From positions 14,756,001 to 14,820,000 of the forward strand of contig NC_043004.1 of assembly GCF_006345805.1 (NCBI RefSeq): a stretch of DNA of 64,000 nt, given 5' to 3'. This document shows, in pieces, positions 1 through 12,303 of the stretch. The stretch comes from Octopus sinensis (taxonomy: Eukaryota). Made by a program: the position numbers and the translations under genes. Numbering within the stretch: the first letter of the stretch is position 1; the number at the start of each line of letters is the position of its first letter. The notes under the pieces are model-generated. The model did no database searches. It saw only the letters and a program-made list of their open reading frames with translations, and was not told the origin of the DNA.

Positions 1-610
1 TTTTGGAATACTTGAGAAAATATGTTTTGTGATTATTAGATATGAAACTTTCGCTAAGTTTCGTCGCTCAAGTACAAAAATTTCCCTAACAGGCAATTTT
101 TTTTGTAATAGTATGAAAAAATAGTTTTAAGCTGGAATAATATTTAGTGTGTCGAAAACAAATGCAGTACGAAATTTATTCTAGATCTGTACATTCTGAG
201 TTAAAATCCTGCCGAGATCAACTTTGTCATTGATCTTTGATGGGTTCATACGTTAGGGTACCACTCAAGGGCTGGAGTCGAAAACATCGACGAATCGCCT
301 CTCTTCGAAACTGTTCGCCTTGTGGCTAAACCCTAAACCATTACACTAGTAAGATATCCATATGTATCTTGTATACTAATCAGACGGAAACATTTGCAAA
401 TGTACCAAGGTACATATTGCCGAATATTACAGATAATTTATCTAAAACCTGAAGCAGTGAACATTGTGACTGACAATGAAACTCATGGAATATTTTCTAG
501 CTGTTGAACAGACTATAAAACTGACAGGTGTCTAAATTATCATATATCTTGCAGAACAGTCATATACAAATATATATATACATATATACACACATACATA
601 CACACATGTC

Positions 611-669
<59 letters not shown>

Positions 670-1764
670 CAGCACGAATAGTTTGCTAATACTTATACAG
701 TTATTGTAATTTTGTTATTAATATTTTCTCTTTAATGGAGTCTCTAACCAGTTGTTTGTTTCACATAATTGATTAATAGCCAATAAACAGCTTCTCTTAT
801 TGAATTTGCTGAGACCGATAAAATAGAATATAAAATCAACAACTGTTCATATCTCATGTTTAATAAACATATATGCAATCAAATGCCCTTGCTCCAGATG
901 TATATTCTAATTTCCTGTGTATATAATGGTTTACATAATCAATTTCATGAATAACCTTTATAAACCTATCAGAAAATACGCAAGTGTTCTTTAGTAGAGC
1001 GTGCATATAAAAATATGCATACAACACAGGTTTTCTTCTGCTTTTACGTAAATTATCATCAACAATGTTTTGTGTTATTACACCAAACAGACTGATAACT
1101 CAACTAGACGATTAAGGTTACTCTTCTCTCGAACGAAGCAAAATATTTATATTTGAATATGTATTACAATATATAAACACACGCACATGTACATACACAT
1201 ACATACATATACACGCATACGTGAGTGTTTGTGTGTGCATGTGTGTATGTGTCTGCGTGCATGTGCATTATAAAAGAAACAGATTTGGATCCCGATCAAT
1301 ACGACAAATACAGAACTTTAATTGAAGCCATTCGTTGATTCTTTAGTTCCTACGTATCTTTGTATCGTAATCAGTCTCAATGTCATTGACCGCGGAATCA
1401 ATACCGCAGCTGTTATTATATTTGGACAATTCTTTCTATAACTTTTGTTGTTATCCTTTTATCGTATATTTAGTTGAACTTTAATTTTACACGTTGATAA
1501 TTCACTCTGTCACAAACCTGCTTTCAAGTAAATCAATAATGAAGTGTCATAATTCTGTTGCCTTTCATGTATTACTAATTATTTCATAAGAACAGTTAGA
1601 GATGTATCGTAGACACGTCAAATACTATAAATTACTGCTTATTACCAAAAAGTAAAAATGAGAATAAATATTGTAATCAAAGGAAACAAGAATTTCTGTT
1701 TGTATTTGTATGTTTACGTTAATTGTAATGACCCTAAGAATTAGTCTTTCGTATAGAAATATAC

Positions 1765-2020
1765 GTGGAGGCGCGTGGCTTAGTGGTTAGGGTGTCAGCA
1801 TCATGATCGTAAGATTGTGGTTTAGATTCCTGGACCAGGTGACGCGTTGTGTTCTTGAGCAAAACACTTCATTTCACGTTGCTCCAGTCCACTCAGCTGG
1901 CAAAAATGAGTAACGCTGCGATGGACTGGCGTCCCGTCCAGCTGGGGAACACATACGCAACAGAAATTGGGCCCATGAGCCTGGCTAGGCTTTAAAAGGG
2001 CGCATTTATTTATTATTTAT
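1765..2020 (+). mobile_element. tRNA-derived SINE, family A (about 250 bp)
   Basis: A-box TGGCTTAGTGG, B-box-like GTTTAGATTCC, core GTTCTTGAGCAAAACACTT...CCAGTCCACTCAGCTG, then TGCGATGGACTGGCGTCCCGTCCAG and a TTTA/TTA tail. A second partial copy lies at 47543-47690. Confidence 0.88.
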
Positions 2021-3248
2021 AGAAATGTACAGATTTAGTTTTGAATATTTTTACTACTAGTTCAGCGACTATTACTGCCACAATTAATAAAGACAAAAAC
2101 CCCCGTCAATGATAATGGCAAATTATATTATTTTCCCCGATCACAACTCGTAAGTTTCTACTTTAAAACATTTCTGTACACTTTTGTTTATTTGATTTAT
2201 TACCAAAAATCTTTTTATTTTATGCAAGTTTATCTGATACTAAATACATAAAACAAATTTTATTACCTATTTAAAATCACTCCAGTGTTGATAGCTAACT
2301 AAAGATATTTCAGAAAATTACAGGTATTGCAGAAATATGATGGATTATCTTTCTGGTCCTACAAAAAGGACCATGGGCGCTAATGGGTTAAGCAAATAAG
2401 CTCAAATTTTTGGTTATCTTACTTCAAACTTTCCTTCATTTTTCGCTCAGCAATACACTTAAACTACTTTCTCGAGGCCAATGCAACCACCTAGCTCATC
2501 ACGTTTTCCCCCATCCTCCGTACATTCACGCAGGGTGAAGCACACATGATCTCCTACCACCACTTTTCCTCATCTCCCTTTTTCTTTTTCTTCCTCCTTT
2601 TCACTGCATCTTTTGCGTACCTTATTTGTTCATGTACGTGACACTCAGCACCAACACCACCACCACCACCACCACCACCACTACCACCACCGCATGAAGA
2701 CGTACAGAAATTGAATCACAAATGTCGAGTCATCGGTGACTAAACCATCAACCCCGCAGAACTTACTTTGTGAGGAGGGTTTATTTATTGCAGGATGAAA
2801 AAACAAGACCTGTCTAAGACTGATGAAGTCTGAGGGGTCAACGACTATCGAAACAATATTTCTTCAATAGTTGTACTACCGACGAAGCCATTACAACTAA
2901 GGACAGCAGTAATAGTGATGATGATTCTGCCAGATTTCCGCCTTAATAGAGATAATACTATTCTAAGCATCACGAGGAGACGATTTGATAATTACAAGAA
3001 ATAACTTTAGTAAATAATCATTAAGCATTCCAGGGTAATTTCTGAGATGGAAAGAAAAACGATTTAAATATAAATATTCAAACAGAGCTCAAAACCAATT
3101 TCTTTCTTCTGAAAACAATCTAAGTTTCTCTCTGTATGCAAGAATAAGTATGAAACTACTGGTAAACTGGAAAGTACATTACAGTATTTGTAATAAGAAA
3201 TTCTTGGTTGCTAACAAGAAATATAAGTAAATTTTTAAATTGTTCTCC

Positions 3249-3433
<185 letters not shown>

Positions 3434-3759
3434 CCTGTGTATGTATGTGTTCTCGTATTTGTAAATCGTCATGTATTGTTCCATATATAGAGTAATTTCA
3501 GCATACAAAAATATGTAATACACAAACACACACACACAAGTTACACACTAGTAGATTTATGTAAACCTACGGAAATGTCTATTCTAGGCGTGTGTAAAAA
3601 AGAAAGCTGTAATTGCCATTTATTTTATTGAAAATTTTTCGTTTGAATAACAGAAAAAAGAAAGCAATCTTTAGATCTATTGTCGGTAATATCTGATCCG
3701 TTGGCAGACAACACGTTTTATTGTTTAACTTCCAATTTATACACACACATATATGTAGA

Positions 3760-3796
<37 letters not shown>

Positions 3797-4566
3797 CACA
3801 TATATTCAGGTGTATATACATATATATGTGTGTGTGTATACACGAACCGATAAATATATATATATATATATATATATTACATATAACTATATATCTATTT
3901 GTCAATCATTGACATGTGTGTGTGTGTGGAAATGTAAGATAAAGTAAAATGTTTGATATTTAATATTTTTGTAGACTACAATCAACTATTTATTATAATC
4001 TCGTTGCATCGATATGAAAAGCAGAAATGGAATACATAAAAATAAACAGAAAGTTAGATAGAAGGTTAAAACGGCCTTATAGTTAAGATAATTTTTTTAT
4101 TTCTATAGTTTACTATGAAAATCAGAACAACGTCTAGGTAATAAACCAGTGTCCTAGACATTGCTGTCAATTGTTAAACAAATGACTTCTTCCTGTTTCT
4201 TATTTGGAAAAACATTACATTCTCTTATGTATTCTCGTGTAAGTTATTTTCTAAATAAAACGTTGAAAGGTAATGAAGAGGCTACGTCTGACAAAGATGC
4301 AACTGATTACAGCGAATATTGGCTAAATATGTTGAGCAAACGTTTGTGCGGTGTGGTCTGCAAGGTACGTATTATATCCTAGTTCTATCGATGGTGATGT
4401 ATGCAAAACAAAATTTAATGCTTCATCGTGTCTGCGGCAAGCTGTAATAAGTAATCTATAATAAAGTGAGAATGGCAAAAATCGGGTTTTGACGGAGTTA
4501 TTTTCGAGCACGAAATTCTATGTAGCGGCGTGCATTTGTTTTCTTGCTCAGCTATAAATATGCTAC

Positions 4567-4629
<63 letters not shown>

Positions 4630-5556
4630 ACGCGCAAACACACACACACGGACATACACTTGTATATATATATGACGTAATACATATGTAGACACAGGTA
4701 TATATTCATGCGTATGAACAAGATATAGGTGGCAGTTTTGTTGTCACAATATATATTTCGCTATTTCTTTCCTTTAAGGCGTTAATGTTTATTTACGTCT
4801 TGATACTAGTCGTACGCTGGGGGTATATCATGCATTGAATGCGGATGTCTAATATAGGTATGCATGGAGCTAATCAACTAGAGACGTATCGGAATGCTCT
4901 CAGTTAATTGTTGTTGCTATATTAAAACTTTAAAATATGTAATTATATAATTTGTAGCGAGAGAAGCAGTATCAATACCAAAAACCAAGTTTTATTATCA
5001 ACGTAACGGGGACGTTGTGTTAGAGCACCGAATACTACGTTATTCACCTTGAGATCAGCTCAGTTGGACGCATGGTGTATGAAAGCACTCGCTGGCTCTC
5101 TGTGACATCATTGCCTGAAATGACACTGAAATTTTATGTACTGTAGACAGTGTGGTTCAACTATTATGTCGCTATCGGATGTCTGCCTTTGAAAAGCTCG
5201 GACGGGGTAAAAAAATCACGTGATCTATCAATTCAATGGGCCGTAGGAGAAAATTCTCGCCAACCAACGATATACATATGAGTATCTTTATGTAGCATGC
5301 TTGCGTATGAGAGGTCATCGCAGGCTATATAACTTAGTATTCAATGCTCTAACACAACATTCAGTGTTTTATTATTTAGTTGGATATAAAATTACCTTTG
5401 ATATAACTATAACTCGTTTCATTTTACAAGTCGGTATACACTCAGCTGAATATCTTACATTATCTTCAAGAATATATATTATTCTGTCAGGAAAAAATAT
5501 TCACGTTGCCACAAATATTTTAATAAATCTCAGAATTTCACTTTTAAGCACTGTTG

Positions 5557-5591
<35 letters not shown>

Positions 5592-6889
5592 TGTTGTTGT
5601 TGTTGTCGTTTTTTAGATTTCAGGCCATATGACATATACTTCGCAAATATGTGTCCCAACTTTATACATCGTAATACTTTCGTCATTATCCTACTCCGTC
5701 TGGTGCTTAGTTTCATAATTCATATTATGAATAGAACATCAGTATCAGTATTATTATAACATCAGTCGTAGAAATATAATTTATGACATTTATAAAGATT
5801 GCAATACTGTGTTTCTCGTTATTAAAATAGTAATTCGTCTTATTCCTTTATATGATAAAACACAATTGTAAAATCACAAATATAATATCAATCATTGACA
5901 TCCTCTTCTTTCTTCTCCTCCGCTTCCTACCCTTCTTCTTTTTCTTCATCATCGTCATTGTCTCATCGTCGCCTTCATCTTCATTATGAGCAACAAAAAA
6001 AGGCAACGTTATTATTATTATTATTATTATTATCAACAGCAATATTGTCATCATAACCATCATCAAGATTATCTTTAATATTATTAAATGATTTGAGAAA
6101 TACTGAAAGCAAAATATTTTCAAACATAATTGAATCAACATGAGAAAAAATGTCCAACAATATAAATAGGGATAAATAAAACCAAAATATATGTAGACAT
6201 TTAAAACATAAAATCAATTGTCATGCACGAAATATAAAAAAAACAATTAACAATACTGAGCATTCTCAAGAGAAGCAACGTAGATATATTTCAAAGATTT
6301 TAATATTTCACTGTATAGATGACAGATATAATTGGATTCAAAATATGAGATTTTTAAGATAAAAAAGGCAAACCACAACATACAACAGGGGCAGAATACA
6401 TTCACATATGTGGGAAATGTAAAGGAATTAGCATTTTTGCGTTAGTACAATAAGAATGCCTCAATATTGATTAATTTTATGTGAGTTAAGATACGAACTG
6501 AAAATTGAGAAACGTAATTAAAAACATTTTGGCTTGAATTTGAAATATGTATTTTGTATTTTGACGGTAACACGGAGGCGTTTTAATATAAAACATGTAT
6601 ATGTATTATTGTGTATGTACGTATAATAATATATATATATATATATATATAAATATGTCTGTATATCTATATATATATATTATATATATATATAATATAT
6701 ACAGACAAGAAAGAAAGAGAGAAGTTTTGGGCGTATATTACGAAAAATTGAGATTGCGTATGTGTTCATTACTATAGGGTATTCTATACGCATATTATGA
6801 ATACGCACACACACGCACCCACGCACACACTCACACGCACACACAGGCACACACACCCACACGCACATACACAGACACACACAGAGACA

Positions 6890-6952
<63 letters not shown>

Positions 6953-6966
6953 CTATATATATATTC

Positions 6967-7290
6967 GAGACCCCCTTCGGTCATGAATGACCGTGGAATT
7001 GTACCTACAAAGTTACCCTGCGAGGCACAAGTCCGGGCAAGATTGTTTATGGAAGACCAGCAGTCGCCCATGCATACCAGCCTCCCCTCTCCACGCCACC
7101 AGTGTTATCCAAGGGAAAGACAAAGTCCGGTGCAGCTTGGTACCTGTGACATCGCAACTCATTTTTACAGCTGAGTAAACTGAAGCAAGTATCTTGCTCA
7201 AGAACACACCACGCCGCCTGTTCCGGGAATGGAACTTGCAACCTCACGATCGTAAGCTCGAAGCTCTAACCACTGAACCATTCGCTTTCA
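6967..7290 (-). mobile_element. tRNA-derived SINE, family C
   Basis: Reverse strand starts TGAAAGCGAATGGTTCAGTGGTTAGAGC...GTTCCATTCCC, followed by the core GTGTTCTTGAGCAAGATACTT...ACTCAGCTGTAAAAATGAGT and a distinct GC-rich 3' tail. Confidence 0.82.
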
Positions 7291-7607
7291 TATATATATA
7301 TGCTATACATACATACATACATATATATATATATAAGCACACACACACACATGTATATATATATTTATACATATACATACATCCACGCGTATATATAAGT
7401 ATGTCCATGTATAGAGCTATATGCATGTGTGTTTGTGTGCGTGCGTGATTATCTCCCGAACTGAGTTCCACACACAGGTTGCCTTCAGGCGATAACCGCT
7501 GCATTTTCATTCGGCTATATTTGACGGCATATTTATATTCGCTAGTGTCTATGTGATTATTTCTCTCTTCCGGTTCGTTGGTTTGTTCTTTTGTGTTTGC
7601 TGATTAA

Positions 7608-7992
7608 TGGAAGCACTCCGTCGGTTACGACGACGAGGTTCCGGTTGATCCGATCAACCGGAACAGCTGCTCGTGAAATTAACGTGTAAGTGGCTGAGCA
7701 CTCCACATACACGTGTACCCTTAACGTTAGTTCTCGGGGATATTCAGCGTGTCACAGAGAGTGACAAGGCCGGCCCTTTGAAATACAGTACAGAAAGAAA
7801 CAGGCAGTAAGAGTGAGAGAAAGTTGTGGTTGAAAGAGTACAGCAGGGATCACCACCATCCCCTGCCGGAGCCTCGTGGAGCTTTAGGTGTTTTCGCTCA
7901 ATAAACACTCACAACGCCTGGTCTGGGAATCGAAACCGCGATCCTACGACCGCGAGTCCGCTGCCGTAACCACTGGGCCATTGCGCCTCCAC
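7608..7992 (-). mobile_element. tRNA-derived SINE, family B (about 385 bp, OR-type size class), with 12-bp TSD
   Basis: Full-length copy flanked by direct repeats GTTTGCTGATTA (7595-7606 and 7993-8004). tRNA head GTGGAGGCGCAATGGCCCAGTGGTTA...GGTTTCGATTCCC. Homologous to 11914-12303 and 23719-24098. Confidence 0.92.
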
Positions 7993-9315
7993 GTTTGCTG
8001 ATTACTTGTTACTTTTGTACCTATTGAAACCCAAAATATACTTACGAGACTACAATTATATGAAATATAACCGCTATATGGAATCTACCTAAAAGATATT
8101 GTTCAAGAAGCAACAGTATCCAAGAGCTGCCAAATCCTCACCCCAAAATTATATCGATATATATTACGAATAGAACATTTAAACAGATAAAATGCAGATT
8201 CTTGAACATGTACAAAATAAAGGTAGCACAGGAACGTGTACGACCAGATCTGGAAATTAATGGAGACTACATGGACTACAATATAAAATGGTAAATAATA
8301 GACACAAAAATGTTCCACGTAATCACACGAAGCAATACACGCATGCGCGGCCATACACGTATAGACTTGCGCGTTAAAGAAGAGGAATGAAATAAGCTAA
8401 TAGATTTAATTTCAACAACTGTATTTTATTCGAGCAGGACAAGACAACTATAGTTGCGCTACATGATAGACATACGACATAAGTGAAGAAGCAAATTAAC
8501 CTGGTCACAAAACCCACACGCATATGAAATGCAGATATTCACTACACATATATTTACAACGGGAAATCAGAACATGCCTCGGCTTGATTAGCCTCCCATA
8601 GAAATTGAGCCACAAACAACCGGGCTGAATTTTATATGTAAAACATTTCTCATAGACTTACACAATCAATTCACAGACAAACCTAGACCAGTACACGTAA
8701 GTGCGCAGAACAAACGAACTGGGACATAAACATTATTCACAAATAACAACAAACAATGAATAAAGCATACATTCCCACATACACACGAAAGCAAACACAC
8801 CTGATGATTAATAATTTAAACGACACAAACTCTATCGAAACAAACCAACAAGAAATTTTTAATTTGTTTAAACGCCAAATTCAATAAACTTCGCCGATTT
8901 CTCCACCCAATAAAGATATATTAATCCTTCATTCTTGGCCAAAACAAGATTGAAAACACATTATCAAATTTAAATCAACCATGAAATACCATTAATGACA
9001 GACACTTCTAAACACTTCAATAATGAAATAATTCCTATATATTTTTTTTCTATTCTTTACGTATTTCAATAAATCTGACGATTGCCACCTTTCACAAGTA
9101 CTATCATGAAGAGTTTACTCGATCTAATTCTCATCGGTACGTATCTTGCCTCAGTGCTCATTTACGCAAACAGGGTACATAAACGAGCACCGATTGTCAG
9201 TAAAGGACAAAGTAGATCAGAAATATGCGCTCATACACTAACGCATGTGTGTGTGTGTGTGTATTTATATATATGTATATATATACACAGACACACACAA
9301 GCACACACACACATA

Positions 9316-9611
9316 TTTTACTTGATTCAGTCATTTGACTGTTGCCATGCAAATCGACCCCAGGACTTATTCTTTGTAAGCCTAGTGCTTATTCTATCGG
9401 GCTCTTTTGCCGAACCGCTAAGTTACGAGGACGTAAACACACCAGCATCCGTTGTGAAGTGATGCTGGTGGTAGAAACACAGACACATAAACACATACAC
9501 ACACATACATATATACATATACACGACGGGCTTCTTTCAGTTTCCGTCTACCAAATCCACTCACAAGGCATGGGTCGGCCCGGGGCTATAGCGGAAGACA
9601 TTTGCCCAAGG
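9316..9611 (-). mobile_element. SINE family D (internal microsatellite), head-truncated; further degenerate head piece at about 9715-9850
   Basis: Shares AAATCGACCCCAGGACTTATTCTTTGTAAGCCTAG...GACGTAAACACACC...TTTCCGTCTACCAAATCCACTCACAAGGC with 55872-56314 and 59527-59938. Confidence 0.85.
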
Positions 9612-10323
9612 AGCAAGCCGATCATATTGTTAAAATTGGTGTTCATCTCCATTTTGGATATAGTATATATATATGTATACATGAGGGGTTGGGGTGGGGT
9701 GTATACAATAGACTTTCACTAAGTTTCCGTGTACCAAATTTCCTTCACAAAGCATTTATGAACCCGGAGGTGTAGAAGAAGTCAGTTGACCAAGGTAACG
9801 TACTGCAGAACTTTACCCAAAAGCACATGGTCACAAAGTGAGCTTCCTATTCACAAGTTTCATCGTAAAATTCGGAAGGCCTACAACAATAGACTCACAA
9901 GGAAATATATTTTTTCAAACTCCTCTAGCCACGCATAAAAAACAAAAACAACTCCACCAAACCATTCAGTCCAGACAATAAAAAATTTAAGTAAAACACA
10001 TTAACTATACGAAACCTTTTTCAATGAATATAAGGTAAGTGAACACCGATCACACAAATAGATGATGACAAGATATAAAATATAACAACCAATGAAAGCG
10101 CAAAAAGAAAATCAATGAACTGTTACAAATACTAGCTCAAAATTCACGAACAAATATAAATACATCGCCAAACAAAAGTGTAACATTTCTTTCCTGAAGA
10201 ATGCGGACTTGTGGAATTCACATTCAGAGATCAACATTCAATTGCAATAAGCTACATAGTCTATAGACCCTTAGTACTTGCTATGTTATTACCAGTTCAA
10301 ATATTCTAATATCAGGCTCCGAA

Positions 10324-10485
10324 TTGTAAACAAGCTGTTCACTCTGTTTTGTAAAAGAGAACATTTTTCGCTGTGGATTAATGATGTAAATAAATCCACA
10401 TCAGCTTGCAGCGCCACCTATCCAGACTGTGTCTACAGCGCTTAATTTTCTCTATGATATAACAGAGTGAATGGCTTGTTTACAA
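10324..10485. mobile_element. Small fold-back (MITE-like) element
   Basis: Arms of about 50 bp, TTGTAAACAAGCTGTTCACTCTGTT... and ...AACAGAGTGAATGGCTTGTTTACAA, around a spacer containing AGCGCCACCTA. Confidence 0.6.
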
Positions 10486-10852
10486 GTCTGAATGCGCTAT
10501 TGGCATATTCGAATAGGTAATACCATTGCATTTATACATATCGCTGCTTTGCGCTCCAAACCCGTGACTTAATACTTGTCTATCATCCATTCCTCAAAAT
10601 TCAGCAATTCAACGTGTGCATGTTTACAACACACAAACACACACGCGTACTCACACACACGCGCACTCACACACACATATATATACATACAACAACAACA
10701 CCTTCATCGATACCATTACCGCCGCCACCACCACCACCACCACCTCAACTGACGCCAAAACCAGCAGTCCCAGCTCCAACAATAACGATGACAGCGGCAG
10801 CAACATCAGCAACACCAGCAGATACAGACACAGCGCCGACAGCACATGCCCA

Positions 10853-11539
10853 CGGAGATATATTGGATGATTTGGAAACTCATTCAAACAACGTCTTTCC
10901 AGCCACGGGTCTTCCTTCTGAGGTCCGGAAAAGAGATACGTAACAATACTGGCCAGCCATGTCTGGCAACTGAGTTACGATGAGTTTCCATACACAATCT
11001 CCTGGAAACTCCTTGAGAACCCAGGCCACTCCATCAAAGGGACATAAAGTTGCAAATTATGCATAGCTGAAGGGGAAAGAATCCTAAAGCCCTCCCTTGA
11101 ACCAGGAATCATCCTTAACTCCAGAACGGAGATTTTCGGGCCTTGTTTACACTTCACGAAGTTCCTGCTAACTTTTTGAAGCTCACAAGTTTGCGGTATA
11201 GCAGGAAGTCGATAGCCGATAGCCAAAGGAGATAGTCTCCATTGTTACCTTTGAGAAGCAAGACATCTTTTAAAGAGGTCTTGGGCCAACAGGTTTTGGG
11301 ATATGACGATACATCATAAAACCAAACCCTCTATGGATGGGAAACTTAAGGTAATTCCTTGAATCGGCCTTCCCCATTATATATATATAGTTTTATGATG
11401 TATCGTCAGATCCCAAAACCTATAGGCCCAAGACCTCTTAAAATATGGAGTAGGAAATGCCTCGCTTCTCAAAGGCTATCGGCTATCGATTTTCGGCTGT
11501 ACTGCCATCTTGTGGGCTCCAAAAAGCTAGCAGGGGACT
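10853..11539 (+). mobile_element. Penelope-like element 3' relic: GIY-YIG endonuclease C-terminus plus 3' end with an inverted copy
   Basis: One frame with in-frame stops: RRYIG*FGNSFKQRLSSHGSSF*GPEKRYVTILASHVWQLSYDEFPYTISWKLLE...CKLCIAEGERIL...LNSRTEIFGPCLHFTKFLLTF* (10853-11179), the typical PLE endonuclease pattern. 11160-11322 is repeated inverted at 11390-11539. Confidence 0.85.
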
Positions 11540-11564
11540 GAAAATTTCATGGCTTTAAGGGTAT

Positions 11565-11745
11565 CACGTAAGGCTTGGTTGAAGGCTCAAACTTCTGAGT
11601 TCTTTTGCAGAGGTTAAAAAATATGAAGGACCGTTGCAATAAGTGTGCGAATCTGAGACGGGAATATGTTGAAAAAAACCATGATCAACTGATCTTCCTG
11701 TATTTTCTTTTACCGAAAGCCAGGAACTTTTAAAGCACACCTTTA
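11565..11745 (+). mobile_element. mariner transposon 3' fragment with TIR
   Basis: Translation EFFCRG*KNMKDRCNKCANLRREYVEK resembles the mariner transposase C-terminus, followed by GCCAGGAACTTTTAAAGCACACCTTTA (TIR-like, ending in TA). Confidence 0.72.
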
Positions 11746-11816
11746 TATATACGTGTTTATGTGTGTATATGTATGTATGTATGTATGTATCCACGTGTTG
11801 GCGCTTGTGTGTGTAT

Positions 11817-11862
<46 letters not shown>

Positions 11863-11913
11863 GTGTGTGAGTGTGTGTAAGAATGCATGTGTATATATGC
11901 GTATGCATTTATT

Positions 11914-12303
11914 GGTGGAGGCGCAATGGTCCAGTGGTTAGGGCAGCGGACTCGCGGTCATAGGATTGCGGTTTCGATTCCCAGACCGGGCGTTGTGAGT
12001 GTTTATTGAGCGAAAACACCTAAAGGTCCACGAGGCTCCGGCAGGGGATGGTGGTGATCCCTGCTGTACTCTTTCACCACAACTTTCTCTCACTCTTACT
12101 GCCTGTTTCTGTTGTACCTATATTTCAAAGGGCCGGCCTTGTCACTCTCTGTGTCACGATGAATATCCCCGAGAACTACGTTAAGGGTACGCGTGTCTGT
12201 GGAGTGCTCAGCCATTTACACGTTAATTTGACGAGCAGGCTGTTCCGTTGATTCGGATCAACCGGAACCTCGTCGTCGTAACCGACGGAGTGCTTCCACC
12301 ACC
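11914..12303 (+). mobile_element. tRNA-derived SINE, family B, with 11-bp TSD
   Basis: Flanked by ATGCATTTATT (11903-11913 and 12304-12314). A and B boxes present; (CCA)n tail. Confidence 0.93.

Noticed and set aside
1765-1840. tRNA-like sequence here and at 7920-7992, 11914-11985, 23719-23790, 7215-7290 and 59527-59590
   Set aside because: These are SINE heads continuing into multi-copy bodies, some with TSDs. They do not form complete cloverleaves.
2818-2856. CTGATGAA-GTC...GAC-TATC-GAAAC hammerhead-like string; similar weak string at 21286-21317
   Set aside because: Extra bases before GAAA and no matching NUH or stem I; too weak without a family consensus.
8200-10060. Faint Penelope-like peptide echoes (YNIKW, KVS) upstream of the 10853 relic
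   Set aside because: The similarities are only 3-5 residues long in heavily decayed sequence and cannot be told from chance by eye.
10614-10943. Pro/Thr/Ala-rich 109-aa ORF
   Set aside because: It is built from (CA)n and (ACC)n/(GCA)n repeats running into the decayed Penelope endonuclease in another frame.
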